64,000 nucleotides of DNA. It comes from Callorhinchus milii (lineage: Eukaryota). The stretch spans positions 115,818,001 to 115,882,000 of the forward strand of contig NW_024704743.1 in the NCBI RefSeq assembly GCF_018977255.1. Reading direction: 5' to 3'. The position numbers and the translations under genes are program-made. Each line of letters starts with the position of its first letter. The first letter of the stretch is position 1. Of this stretch, positions 12,584 through 24,088 are shown piece by piece. The notes below the pieces were generated by a model. The model did no database searches. It was given only the letters and a program-made list of their open reading frames with translations, and was not told where the DNA came from.

Positions 12584-13152
12584 CTGTAAAAATAAATTAC
12601 CCCGCAGTGTTTCCAAATCAGTATTCAAACCAGACTGACACCTCCATACACAGACACCACCTACACATGGAAATCTCCCTGTGTCTGGGATAGAATGCAC
12701 ACTCTCTCCCTGGAGGGACGCACTCTGCTTACACAATTCCAGAGAGTAATTAGGCACAAGTTTCCAAGTGCCAAGGTTTGGGAATCCTAGAATGTGGTAA
12801 TGCATTAAGTATAAACTTTTTAGGCAAAGGACAGTCAAACTATTCTGGGTTGCGCTTGTAAGTTTATCTGAAATATATTTCTAAAGGTCAGGTACTTTTT
12901 TTTTGTCAGCCGGGTGTCTGACATGTGGAAACCCATCACCATGCTTAAGCATGCATTGAGGGAATATATGTTGGGCTGGAGTTTAATCAGTTAAAGCTGT
13001 GTGCCTTGCCATTGAGGCCACTGTCTGGCAAGGTACTCGCTGCTTGTCGAGCTAACAACACCCTATATGTTAGGGCTTTGGCTTGCAGGCTTGATGGGAG
13101 CTGAGTGGGAAGAATCCCTATCCCCTACCCAGTGGCAAGGATATGAACGTAC

Positions 13153-13294
13153 CTGTACTTCCCAGAGCGAGGAAGTCCCCCAATATAAATTGGATCTTTG
13201 GTCCCGCGGTTGAGATCCAAGGACCCTCCTGGTGACTCGGCTTTCTTGATTTCTTGGTCAGTTGAATTAAAAGCATCCATGACAGCTAACAGAC
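13153..13294 (-). CDS. LAMA1: LAMA1 exon ~51, LG2
   Basis: LLAVMDAFNSTDQE...DLNRGTKDPIYIGGLPRSGKY. Confidence 0.95.
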
Positions 13295-13956
13295 CTAGGA
13301 ATATATACATGTAGGGTGCTTTAACATAAATGCCTTTAAGCTTTTTAAGCAAAGGACAGTCAAACTATCCTGGCTTGTGCTTGTATGAAATATATTTCCA
13401 AAGGTCAGGTGCTGAAAAGTGAAATATCCTTTTCAAATTGAATTGTGGCCAAAATGCAACTGGAAACACATTGGATACACATGAGATTGGGAAGCACTCC
13501 ACAAGATTTGGTTCTGTTCTTTACTTGAATGTTCTGCTGAGAACTTCTTTATTATAGAAACAATATACCCCAAAGCATTGCCAAACCCTGGAAAATAATT
13601 GCTAAGGAGTTTAATCCCCTAAAACCACATTGTAAACAAATAGAACTTGCACATTTATAGCATCTATAAAGACAGTAATTTCTATGGCTGTTTTTTGTAC
13701 CCCAAAAAGTCAAGTTATTTTGTACACAACAAAACCCCACAAACAATGGCAGAGCATGTTGCTGAGCTAGGTTGATGATTATAGCACAGTCAAAGAGAAA
13801 GGCCTTCAGGTACAAAGAGGGGCAAAAAGAGGGCAAGGTGAAGTGGTTGAGGCAGGGAGTCCCAGAGGTTTGGGGCATATCTCTTCCCAACCATGTCTGC
13901 AGTCTGTCTATGATTACAGTGGTGAGACATCACCTTGTTGACGAGTATCAACAAGA

Positions 13957-14189
13957 TAATAATAATCCCTCCAAAAAAACCAAAAAATAATAAAAAAAAA
14001 ATTGGGTCATTTTCAATCTACGACTGTTTGTGGGACATTGCTGTGCGCAATTGGCTGCCGCGTTCGCCCACAAATATACAGTCAATTCACTTTACAGTGT
14101 GTTCTGTGAAGCGCTTTGGGACGTCCTCCCGACGTGAAAAGCGCTATATCAAATGCAAGGATTATTATTATTATTATTATTATTATTAT
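13957..14189 (+). mobile_element. 5'-truncated young SINE with a long (ATT)n tail
   Basis: Near-identical to the reverse complements of 41125-41330 and 56543-56760. Confidence 0.85.
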
Positions 14190-14278
14190 CAGCTGAAAAA
14201 TACATCAAATGTGTTTTAAACAATCAAGCATCTGATCGTCCCAGTGATGATCAGTAATCAGTGCAAACAGTGCCTTAC

Positions 14279-14423
14279 CTATCTTCCGGTTACGTTGGAA
14301 AGCGACTTTAATCCACGTTCCGTTGTTGTATCGCCTCTCAGAGGTAAGGGCCAGAATTCCAGATCCCAGGTCAAAGCTCACTCGAACCTTCCCATCGACC
14401 AGCTCCACTGCTAAGAAATCTCT
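14279..14423 (-). CDS. LAMA1: LAMA1 exon ~50, LG2
   Basis: RDFLAVELVDGKVRVSFDLGSG...RRYNNGTWIKVAFQRNRKI. Confidence 0.95.
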
Positions 14424-14689
14424 CTGAACAGACACAAGAGACAGGATTAGGGCAATAGATAAACAACCATAACAACTTGAATGTATACAGTGCCCTTAAC
14501 ACAAGGTAGTGTCTCGGAGATCTTAACAGCCATGAAGTCTGACACCAAACCAGAGGAAGGTGACTGTAGGCACCGTCGAAGAGGAAGGTCTTAAGGCATG
14601 GCTACCTAAAATGGAATGAATCGTTTCGGAAACATCTCACACACGTTTTTCGCAATACAAATAAAAGTGCTAAACCGTGCAGTGCTCAC

Positions 14690-14840
14690 CATGCCGCTTG
14701 ACACCAGGTACAGCAGGAGGCCATTTGGTGAGAATGTGCTGAAGTGCATGACGATCTGAGTGGCTGTGGTGCGTAGGGTCTTCTCTACCACCGAGTAACC
14801 ATTGCCGTCGTAGTGAAAGGAATGATCTTCATTCTGTGGC
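14690..14840 (-). CDS. LAMA1: LAMA1 exon ~49, LG2 start
   Basis: PQNEDHSFHYDGNGYSVVEK...TFSPNGLLLYLVSSGM. Confidence 0.95.
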
Positions 14841-15522
14841 CTGTACGACACGGTACAGTGGTGACACTCAGTGACTGCCCTCCACTTCCTCCACCTCCCA
14901 CCCTGACTGATGCACGCGCAAATGTAGGTCATAGAATCTTACAGCACAGGAGGAGACCTTTTGGCCCATCCTGCCTGTGCCAGCTCTTTGAAAGAGCTAT
15001 CCAATTAGTCCCACTCCCCCGCTCTCACCCCAAAGCCTTGCAAATTCTTCCTTTTCAAGGTCAAAAAAAATGTGCTCACTCAATCGCGACTGTTTGTGGG
15101 ACACTGCTGTGTGCAATTTGCTGCCGCGTTTCGCCCACAAAATAGTCAATCCACTTTACAAAAGATTCTGTGATGCACCTTGACACGTCTCAATTACATG
15201 ATAAGGCGCTATATCAAATGCAAGAATCATTATTGTTATTATTAGTGACATACTGTATAATGATAATAATCCTTGCCTTTTTTCAGATCATCGTGTGGTC
15301 TCAAAGCATTTCAAACGATTTTATGTGGTTTGTGACTATGTATTTTGTAGGTGAATGTGGCTGCTAATTTGAGCAGCAATGTCCCCAAAACAGCCATGGA
15401 GTGAGTGACCAATTTTATTTGGGGGTTTGTTGGCCAGGACACCAGGAAAAACTGAACTTCTTTTTTGAAATAGTGTCATGGGATCTGTCAACATCCACCT
15501 GATCAGGCAGATAAATAAATAA

Positions 15523-15823
15523 AAATATAATCCCTGCATTTGATATAGCACTTTTCATGTCTTCTAGACATCTCAAAGCGCTTCACAGAACATACTGTAA
15601 AATGAATCGACTGTGCAGCCAATTGCACACAGCAGTGTCCCACAAACAGTCGTAGATTGAAGTGACCAATTTATTATTATTTTTTTCTTGAGGGATTATT
15701 ATCAGGCAGAGTAAGGAAACTTGTGGAGTAAGGAAACTTGCCCAAGGTTTCGCCCTGCCGGAAATTGAACCCAGGTCTCTCGCTTGGGAGGCAAGTGCTC
15801 TAATCACTGAGCTACAGGACTTC
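15523..15823 (-). mobile_element. tRNA-Ala-like SINE
   Basis: Same head and tail as 41125-41423. Confidence 0.8.
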
Positions 15824-16136
15824 AGATATACATTTATATAGCAGCTTTCACGTCAGGAAGCATTTCCCAAACTACTTCACTCTGATAGTGCTTTCAGTCA
15901 TCTTTCCTCTCCCCACCTCCCATTCCAAGCTCGGATGCCCACCCAGCATTGTCAAGCATTTTCAGGTTTCCTCTGGATGTGCGAGGTGCTGTATAAGTGT
16001 AAAGCGTATTGTACTGTGATATCATAGTGTGGCTGATTGTGGAATTAACCCCCCACTCGGCTAAGTTAAATGTTAATGGAAAGTCATACCAGCGTCTTCT
16101 TTAACAGCATAAAGTGGCAGCAAGCAAAGACATTAC

Positions 16137-16261
16137 CTTGAAAAGCATCCCCCGCACTTCCCTTCTTTCTCGCGATAGTTCCACAAGCCAATGGGCATTC
16201 CATTGAGGAAGGTCTCTCCCATGCAGCCTTTGAAATGGGTAACTTTCACAGCTGGTGCCTT
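16137..16261 (-). CDS. LAMA1: LAMA1 exon ~48, LG1 end
   Basis: KAPAVKVTHFKGCMGETFLNGMPIGLWNYREKEGKCGGCFS. Confidence 0.95.
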
Positions 16262-16380
16262 CTGCATACAAGTGAATAGTATTATTGTTGGGGGTGGGGA
16301 GTGGGCGGGGTGTTGGAGTGAGGGGAGAAACATGTCAATTCTAACACAAACAAGATATGCAAAAAACAGTAAAATGTTCA

Positions 16381-16400
16381 GAGAGAGAGAGAGAGAGAGA
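16381..16400. repeat. (GA)10 microsatellite
   Basis: Directly visible. Confidence 0.95.
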
Positions 16401-16431
16401 AAAACAAGAGACTCCATCTCTCCCAACTTAC

Positions 16432-16588
16432 CTTGACCTGCCCAGAAAGTCCACCAACAAATACTAATGTGGAGTCGTTCACGTCCAGTACAGTGGAGAT
16501 CCCAGGAGATGTGGTCTTTTTTAACCCTGGCTTTTCCAAGCTGGAAACACTGACATCCTGAACCGACAAAGTGCCCAATCTTCCAAAC
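16432..16588 (-). CDS. LAMA1: LAMA1 exon ~47, LG1
   Basis: FGRLGTLSVQD...SPGISTVLDVNDSTLVFVGGLSGQVK. Confidence 0.95.
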
Positions 16589-16652
16589 CTGGCGGATAAT
16601 AGAGATATTCATTCCTGAGAGATCACCATGAGGCCTTGCAGTGGGTGTAGAC

Positions 16653-17056
16653 GAGGTCTACGAGAATGATACCAAGGATGAGGGGCTTCAGTCACGAGCA
16701 GGTTAGGTTCTACGAGAAGGTTGACAGGGGTATAACATTTTATGAGGGGTAAATAGGGAGAAGCTATTTCTTCTGGTAGGGAAGTCAGTGATTAGGGCAT
16801 GGTTATAAGTTGAAGGAAGAGCAAAAAGAGAGTTATTCGGGTGTGGAATGCCCTGCCAAATGCGATGGTACAAGCAAAGTCTATTGTCGGTTTTAAGCAG
16901 GAAGAAGATAGGTACGTGAAATATAGAGCCTTGTAGAGGTATGGGGATAAAGGCAGGATAGTGGGATTGAATGAACAATTTGCTCTGAGAGCCAGTGCAG
17001 ACTTAATGGGCCAAATGGCCTCCTTGTGTGGTGTAAATTTCTGTGATTCTATGATC
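16653..17056 (+). mobile_element. CR1 3' fragment with internal deletions
   Basis: gtgtggaatgccctgcc; tail gggccaaatggcctccttgtgtggtgtaaatttctgtgattctatgat. Confidence 0.75.
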
Positions 17057-17898
17057 AATCAGTTCATATCCACATTGATTGGAAATATTGAATGAAAATT
17101 CACCAGGATAATTTTTTTGTGCCCAGTTGTCTTCCATCCTGAAGGTTGATACCAACCTACCCTGAGTACGGTTCACAGACAGCAGATGGTGCCTTTCCTC
17201 AGCGGCTCGGCAGACTGTGCTGGAGTCAAAGAATCTCCCCCCCCCCCTTGATAGTCAACACAAACAAACCTCCAGTAGTGTGCGTGTGTGAAGTTGCTCG
17301 GTAACCAATTAAAATCTAAATAACGTGCATTGTTATCATTGCACCTCATGTGCACACGTGAAGTGCTAACTTCCTAATGGGAAGCAGGAAGCTAAATATT
17401 GGTATTTTGTGTACAGCGCAGGGTCATTCAGAGATAGAGGCAAAAACAGAAAGATTGAAGAAGTGATGGAGAGAACGAGAGAGAATGTCAGAGGGACTCA
17501 GGACAGCAGCAAGGAATTGGGATTCAACCAAGTTATCCGATAGAAACCCAGTGTGTTTCTGATTCATAATGCTTCAATCATTTATTGCTTAGGAAACTCA
17601 ACCTCTTTTTGAGGCAAGTCTCTACCATTGTCTTCCTCTTAGTCTCTGATGAGTAAGAGAGGAGTGGAAGCTAACCTCACAAGAGATTAGTGAGGTACGG
17701 TTCAAAACCGTGAGCATATTGGGCCTGGGGTGAAGTGGGGTGGGTGGAAATGAAAAGGCATTTTATCTATAATTATTATAATAAATAATAACAATAATTA
17801 TTATTACTCAGAGATGCATTCACAGACACGGGAGAGATGTGGGTAAGGGGACGGGAGAGGGGGGAAACCCAGCCAGAGCTCGAGGGACAGAGACGTAC

Positions 17899-18032
17899 CT
17901 GGCTGCGTTGATTCTGTGCCACTTGTTGTTGTTAATTTGAAGGTCAGGATACTCCAGCCTCGTGGTGCCTGAGCCCACATCCCAGAGAAAGGCAACTCTG
18001 CCACGACGCATCTCCACGGCCAGGAACTCAGT
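17899..18032 (-). CDS. LAMA1: LAMA1 exon ~46, LG1
   Basis: TEFLAVEMRRGRVAFLWDVGSGTTRLEYPDLQINNNKWHRINAA. Confidence 0.96.
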
Positions 18033-18039
18033 CTGTGGG

Positions 18040-18065
18040 CACACACGCACACACACACACACACA
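18040..18065. repeat. (CA)n tract, read as (TG)n just upstream of the exon 46 acceptor
   Basis: Directly visible. Confidence 0.9.
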
Positions 18066-18149
18066 GGGTCAGCACACACACATAGCGTTGATATATTGCC
18101 ACCCATGGGATCTCTAATGTCCCCTGAGCAGACTTGCAGGGCCTCCGAC

Positions 18150-18497
18150 AATGTCTTCGAGATGTCTCAAAGTGCTTCACAGAATATACTGTGAAGTGAA
18201 TTGACAGTATATTTTTGTGGGCAACACGCAGCAGTCAATTGCGCACAGCAGTGTTCCACAAACAGTCGTGAGTGACCAATTTATTATTATTATTATTATT
18301 ATTTTTCAGGAATTATTGCCCTGTTTTTTGCCCAGGAATTAAGCAATCCACCAATTGATTAACAAGGTACTTACTGCTAGTTACACAGCGGCGTGTGGAG
18401 AAAGGAAACTTGCCTAAGGTTTCGCCACGCCCGGGAATCGAACCTGGGTCCTCTCACTTGCCAGGCGAGTGCGCGAACCACTACACTACGGGATTCC
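18150..18497 (-). mobile_element. tRNA-derived SINE (longer variant)
   Basis: Minus-strand head cgtagtgtagtggttcgcgcactcgcc...ggttcgattcccgg. Confidence 0.8.
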
Positions 18498-18593
18498 ATG
18501 AAGGAGGGGACATGGGATTAGAAGATCTATCATGATCTCGTAGCTTCAGTGGAGGAGATGTTCTCCACTGGGCCAATGGGCTGCAGATTCATA

Positions 18594-21500
18594 ATTTAAG
18601 CACGAGGCGGCAGGGAGTGCAGCCACACGGGGAGCGGCGGCAGGACAGCGCGTGGAGGAACCTGGGCCTACCTACCCAGGTATTTAAGCACGAGGCGGCA
18701 GGGAGTGCAGCTAGCGGGGCTGAGGAGGGAACGGGTGGGGGCGGAGCGGGGGAACCGCTGACGTCATAGTTTAGTTTTCAGGAGTGTGCGCGTGCAACAA
18801 AAAAAAAACCTCTGCGCCCCCCACCGCCACCCCCAGGGCTCACATCAGGGCCCACCATGGTCCTGTTGGGTTGGCTGCCCCAGCCTATAGGATAATGCCA
18901 TCCACCTGACCGCTCGCTCCCGGTCCCCGCGTGCGCACTATGGCTGCCGCTTTGACCCGAGCTCCCTCACCCCCTCCCTCCCTCCTCCCTACCCCCAAAC
19001 CCTCCCCCCTCTGCATCTCTCCCACTCTGTCCTCCTCTCTCTCTGTCCCTCTCGCCTTCTATCCCCACTTGACCCTCCCACAACCTCCCTCTGTTCCAGT
19101 CTGGGAATCCTCCGCCGGGCTCACCGTGGCACTCGGCGTTGGCTGTCCAGCAGCAGCCACACCGACTGCCCCATTCCCCACCACACTCGCCAGCCACCCC
19201 GGACACAGACCCGGAGAGCCAACCTCTCCTCCCTCATCCCCATTTCCCCCACTCCTGCTTCACAACCGGGACCCCCCTCCCCTCCCACACACCCTTCTGT
19301 CAACCACTCCTTCCACATCGGACTACAAAACGTCTGCTCCCTCTATAACAAGGCCCTGGTCATCAATGATCTCATCCTTGATGAGAGCGTTGACATCATG
19401 GCCTTAACGGAAACCTGGCTCACCCCAGGCGACACCTTCCCCCTCACGGAGGCCACACCACCCGGCTACACCTCCCACCACATCCCTCGCCCCAACCACC
19501 GTGGCGGTGGTGTAGCCCTTATCTCAAGGACACCACTTGCTCTATTCCCCCTACTCCTCTGGCTCTTTCCCCTCTTTCGAGCACCTCACCCTCTCCCACC
19601 CCTCCTTCATCTCACTCAAAATCCTCCTCCTCTACCGGCCCCCTAAAACCTCTCCCACCTTCATCTCCGATATTTCGACACTTCTTACATCTCTCTGCCT
19701 CTGCTCTGATCGCCTCATCATCCTGGGCGACTTCAACCTGCACTTCACCCCCTCCTGCTCCATCTCCTCAGACTTCTCTTCCCTGCTCTCCTCGCTCAAC
19801 CTCTCCCTCCACATCAACTCCCCCACTCACAGTCACGGCCACCCACTCGACTTGGTGATCACCCGGGGCCTCAGTGTCTCGGATGTCACTATCACCGACA
19901 AGGCCATCTCCGACCACCACTTCATCTCCTTCACCACCTCCACCCCCCTCCCCACCTCCACCAGACCCACCACCATCTTCTACCGCCCCTGGAAGAAGTT
20001 ACCCCCACAATCCCTAACCGCTGCCTTGGAGTCCTCTGAACTCCTCTCCCTCTGGCCTTCAACCCTCACTGACCCCTTCTCCTCTCACCCTCCTCCACAA
20101 CACCCTCTCCTCCACACTTGACACTCTTGCCCCCATCACCTCCCGTACTGTCTCCTACTCTCGCTCCTCCCCCTGGTTCACCACCCACCTCCGCTCACTG
20201 AAGAGCCAGGTGCGGGCCGCTGAACGCACCTGGTCAAATCTGGCCTAACGGTCCACCGACAAATCTGGCTGGACCTCCTCAAAATCTACCGCTCCACTCT
20301 AGCCTCGGCCAAATCGTCCTTCTACTCCAGGATAATCCTGGAGGCGAAGAACAACCCCAGGCTACTGTTTTCTACCACATCCCGACTCCTCCGTNCCCCC
20401 CGCCACCCCGCGCAGGTCATCTCCTCCAACCTTCACTGCGAGGAGATGCTGGATTTCCTTGAATCCAAAATCAAGGGAATCGCTCCGCGGTCACTTCCCC
20501 TCCAACATCCACCCACCCCCCACCCCCTCCCTCCCACACTCCGACTCCTACCCATCCTCCCCTACACACTTTCGTACCCGTTTCCCCACCCTCTGTCACT
20601 GAACTCATCCTATCCCTGAAACCCACCACCTGCTCCCTTGACCCCATCCCCACTCCACTCCTTATCTCCCAGCTCCACCTCCTTGCCCCACATATCACAG
20701 ACATCGTCAACCTGTCCCTCTCCTCTGGCTCTGTTCCCATTCCCTTAAAAACTGCCACCATCACTCCCACCTTGAAAAAACCCTCCCTTGATGCGTCGCA
20801 GCTATCAAGCTACCGGCCCATCTCCAACCTCCCCTTCCTGTCCAAGGTCCTTGAACGAGTTGTCGCCTCCCAGCTGCGCTCTTTCCTCTCCACCCATTCA
20901 CTATTCGAACCCCTTCAGTCGGGTTTCCGTGCTGCCCATAGCACAGAAACTGCCCTGGTCAAGGTCACCAATGACATCCTGACCATCTGTGACCAGGGCT
21001 CCCTCTGCCTCCTCGTCCTCCTCGACCTATCGGCAGCATTCGATACGGTCGACCATGCTATCCTCCTCCACCGCTTGTCCTCCCACCTCAACCTTCAAGG
21101 CCCTGTCCTTGAATGGTTTAGGTCGCACCTCTCCCACCGTCTTCACTTTGTTTCCACGAACGGCTTTTCCCCCCGCCCCCGCACTGTCTCGTGTGGTGTC
21201 CCTCAGGGCTCTGTCCTCGGTCTCCTCCTCTTCACCCTCTATACGCTCCCCCTTGGTGACATCATCCGCAGACATGGGGTTAACTTCCACATGTATGCGG
21301 ATGACACCCAACTCTACCTTTCCTCCTCTACCCTCAACTCCACGACCACCGATGTCCTGACAGCCTGCCTGTCCGACATCGAGTCCTGGACGAGAGATAA
21401 CTTTCTTCAGCTCAACGTGCGTAAAACTGAGGCCCTCCTGATTGGCTCACGTCAGCGCCTCCGCACCTCAGGCGCTGACAACATCAGCATCCAAGGCTGC

Positions 21501-22287
21501 ACTCTCCACCTCTCAAAGCCAGTCAGGAACCTTGGGGTTCTGTTCGACCCTGAGCTGTCCTTCCCTCATATCCGCGTCACAACTGGCACCGCCTTCCATC
21601 ACCTCCGGAATGTCGCCAGACTACGGCATTACCTCACCCCTCACGCTGCTGAAACTCTGGTCCACGCCTTTATCACCTCAAGGCTGGACTATGGGAACTC
21701 TCTCCTCGCCGGCCTTCCCGGCACCTCCCTCCACAAGCTGCAGGTCATTCAGAACTCTGCAGCTCGTGTACTGTCCCGCACCAGGCTTCGCGACCACATC
21801 ACTCCCACCCTCGCTCGCCTCCACTGGCTCCCCGTTCCCCAGAGGATCGAATTCAAGATCCTCATCCTCACCTACAAGGGCATTCACGGCCTTGCTCCCT
21901 CCTACCACTCTGACCTACTATCCCCCTACCTACCTGCCCGTACCCTCCGTCCCTCTGGCTCCGGTCTGCTCCACATCCCCCGCCCCAACCGCCCTACCGT
22001 CGGTTGCCGGGCCTTCAGTCTCTCAGCCCCGAGGCTCTGGAACTCCATCCCCCAGTGCCTTCGCCGCTTCCTCCCTTTCCTCCTTCAAGGCCGGTCTCAA
22101 GACCTTTCTCTTTGACTGTGCCTTCAGCTCCGCTCTCGACTCTCTACCCCCTCCACGCTCCCTCCTTTCGCTCCCCTCACCCTGACCATTTCCCCCCTGC
22201 TCGGGTCCTGACCCAACTGTACAGCGCCTTGGGACGTCCTCCCGACGTGAAAGGAGCTCTATAAATGGAATCTTGTTGTTGTTGTTG
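18594..22287 (+). mobile_element. Near-full-length L2-clade LINE (APE endonuclease plus RT), frameshifted, antisense to LAMA1 in intron ~45
   Basis: APE motifs LQNVCSL, MALTETWL, LYRPP, ILGDFNLH, ISDHHF; RT motifs [35 protein letters not shown]2 C-terminal [13 protein letters not shown]; 3' tail ending in (TTG)n. 5' start approximate. Confidence 0.92.
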
Positions 22288-22402
22288 CAGGGCCTCTGGC
22301 TGCTGATTCTATGTCTCTGTCTCTGAGCGATCACTGGGCCCTGGGTTGTCCCTTTTCCTGTACGATCGGGTAGAACTGATCGTACAGGGTGAGTTTACTC
22401 AC

Positions 22403-22546
22403 GCTGGTGCTGCTGCCCAGGTAAAAGAGCAGGTTGTCGGGTTCTGAGGTCTTGACGTTCAGTGTAAGAGTGTTGTGGTTGCTGCTGTGCAAAGCTGGCT
22501 GGTAGGCACGCACGCAATCCCGGTCTGCCGCCACCGCCACTTTAAT
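22403..22546 (-). CDS. LAMA1: LAMA1 exon ~45, IKVAV plus LG1 start
   Basis: IKVAVAADRDCVRAYQP...TLTLNVKTSEPDNLLFYLGSSTS. Confidence 0.96.
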
Positions 22547-23118
22547 CTGGGGGGACAAAAAGGTTACGTTTAGGAACTGAGTGAAGAAAAATAAACATCC
22601 TTCTGGTTCTCAATTATTTCAATCAAGTAACAGAATGGAGAAGGGAAGTGTTTAGGAATATCGCACAGGAGCTGTTTTACAGCTGCAGAAGGAACAACAA
22701 CAACACCTTGCATTTATTTAGCGGCCTTCGCGGGCGGTAGCATCTCAGAGCAGGAAACAGATGAATACTCAGCCTCTCCTAATTCATCTTGCTGCACAGG
22801 GCTCTGGTCAGGAGAATGTGCAGAGTGTAACACCCAGCACCAAATACTGGCCTGTTGTAATAGTAATGGGGTGAATTGTATTTGGCTGTTTAGTGCATTC
22901 AATGGAGCTGTTGACTGTGAGCTCCAGTCCAAACTTGGGGCTTAAACCCCAACCAGAAGCGAGAGTGATACCAACAGAGAATGCCTGGCCGACGTCAAGA
23001 GGTTTAATGGGGCTGTGCTCGATTATGGTTTAATTCGACATCAGAAATATGGTTCAAAGTAGGAACTGAGGTGGTAATATGGGAAGCCAGAGCTCCTCTA
23101 CAACGATTGGACACTCAC

Positions 23119-23273
23119 CGAGGCAGCCTGCTTGCGTGCCTGGTTGATCAACTCCTTGATCTCCGATAGATTCCTGCTCAGGTTGTCCTCCAGCAACTTC
23201 AGAGGCTTCAGTCTGTCCAGCAAGTAGTTGGCCTGAGTTTCAATCTCTTTGACCCTCTTTCCAGCAGCTACAG
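23119..23273 (-). CDS. LAMA1: LAMA1 exon ~44, coiled-coil end
   Basis: VAAGKRVKEIETQANYLLDRLKPLKLLEDNLSRNLSEIKELINQARKQAAS (hand-translated). Confidence 0.95.
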
Positions 23274-23709
23274 CTGTGAAGTGAAGGAAGTGGTGGTGGG
23301 GTGGGGGGGTGGAGAAGGAGGGAGGGAGGAAATTAAATCGGAGGGAAACATCTCCAGAAGTTCCGTTCCAGAAAGCAAAGGTATCGTTATATCATTAGTG
23401 CAAGATGAAGGGTGTAATAATCTTTGCATTTGCCCTATAACATCAAAACATATCAAAGCTCTTCACAGTAATCACCGTTGAGGGAACAGACTCTGTATTT
23501 GCAGGCAAACTCAGCAGCTAATTTTGGCAAGTCAGTGCCAATAATCAGGAAAGGGACATGGGGAATGTGAGATTAATTAAAAGAAACAACAACAATTTGC
23601 ATTTAGAGAGCAGCCTTCAAGCCTTCAACCCTACTTAAAAACACAAGAGGTATCAGCAGCACAGACAGGATTAAATAATAATAATAATCCTTGCATTTGA
23701 AATAGCGTC

Positions 23710-24088
23710 TTAAGAGAAGATTGAGAGAAGATTGCTGTCTTTAAGATTCTAAAGGGGCGAGACAATGTACATCATGACAGGTCCAGAATAGTAAAACCAG
23801 AGGACACGGCCTGCAATTGAAGGGGAGTAAATTCAGAATAAATCTACGGAAACACTATTTCAGTGAACGAATAATAAACCTGTGGAACAGGCTCTCTCGG
23901 GAGGCGGTTGAAGCAGGAAATGTTGATTCCTTCAAACACGGATTAGATAGTTTTCTTTTAGGAAATAACATTATGGGATATAGTACGTAGGTAGTTCAGG
24001 ACAAATGTACATGCGACTGCCAGGAAAGTGGAAAGCGAACTAGATGGACCTTGGTTTTTTTTCATTTAGCATTTCTTATGTTCTTATG
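23710..24088 (+). mobile_element. CR1 3' fragment inserted into the tail of a minus-strand SINE
   Basis: ctgtggaacaggctc...; tail (ttcttatg)n; the SINE tail lies at ~23683-23710 and its body resumes at ~24089. Confidence 0.65.

Noticed and set aside
13935..14219. Recurring small ORF family (IYDCLWD...KRYIKCKDYYYY), also at 41083 and 56189
   Set aside because: Incidental translation of SINE bodies and (ATT)n tails, not a gene family.
20772..22115. 447-aa RT ORF as an active or domesticated gene
   Set aside because: Upstream frameshifts separate it from the endonuclease domain and there is an ambiguous base at 20395; best treated as a decayed L2 unless reads show these are sequencing errors.
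18569..22309. Possible TSD for the long L2 (ctgggccaatgggctgcagattc versus cagggcctctggctgctgattc)
   Set aside because: Too many mismatches for an element this young; probably chance.
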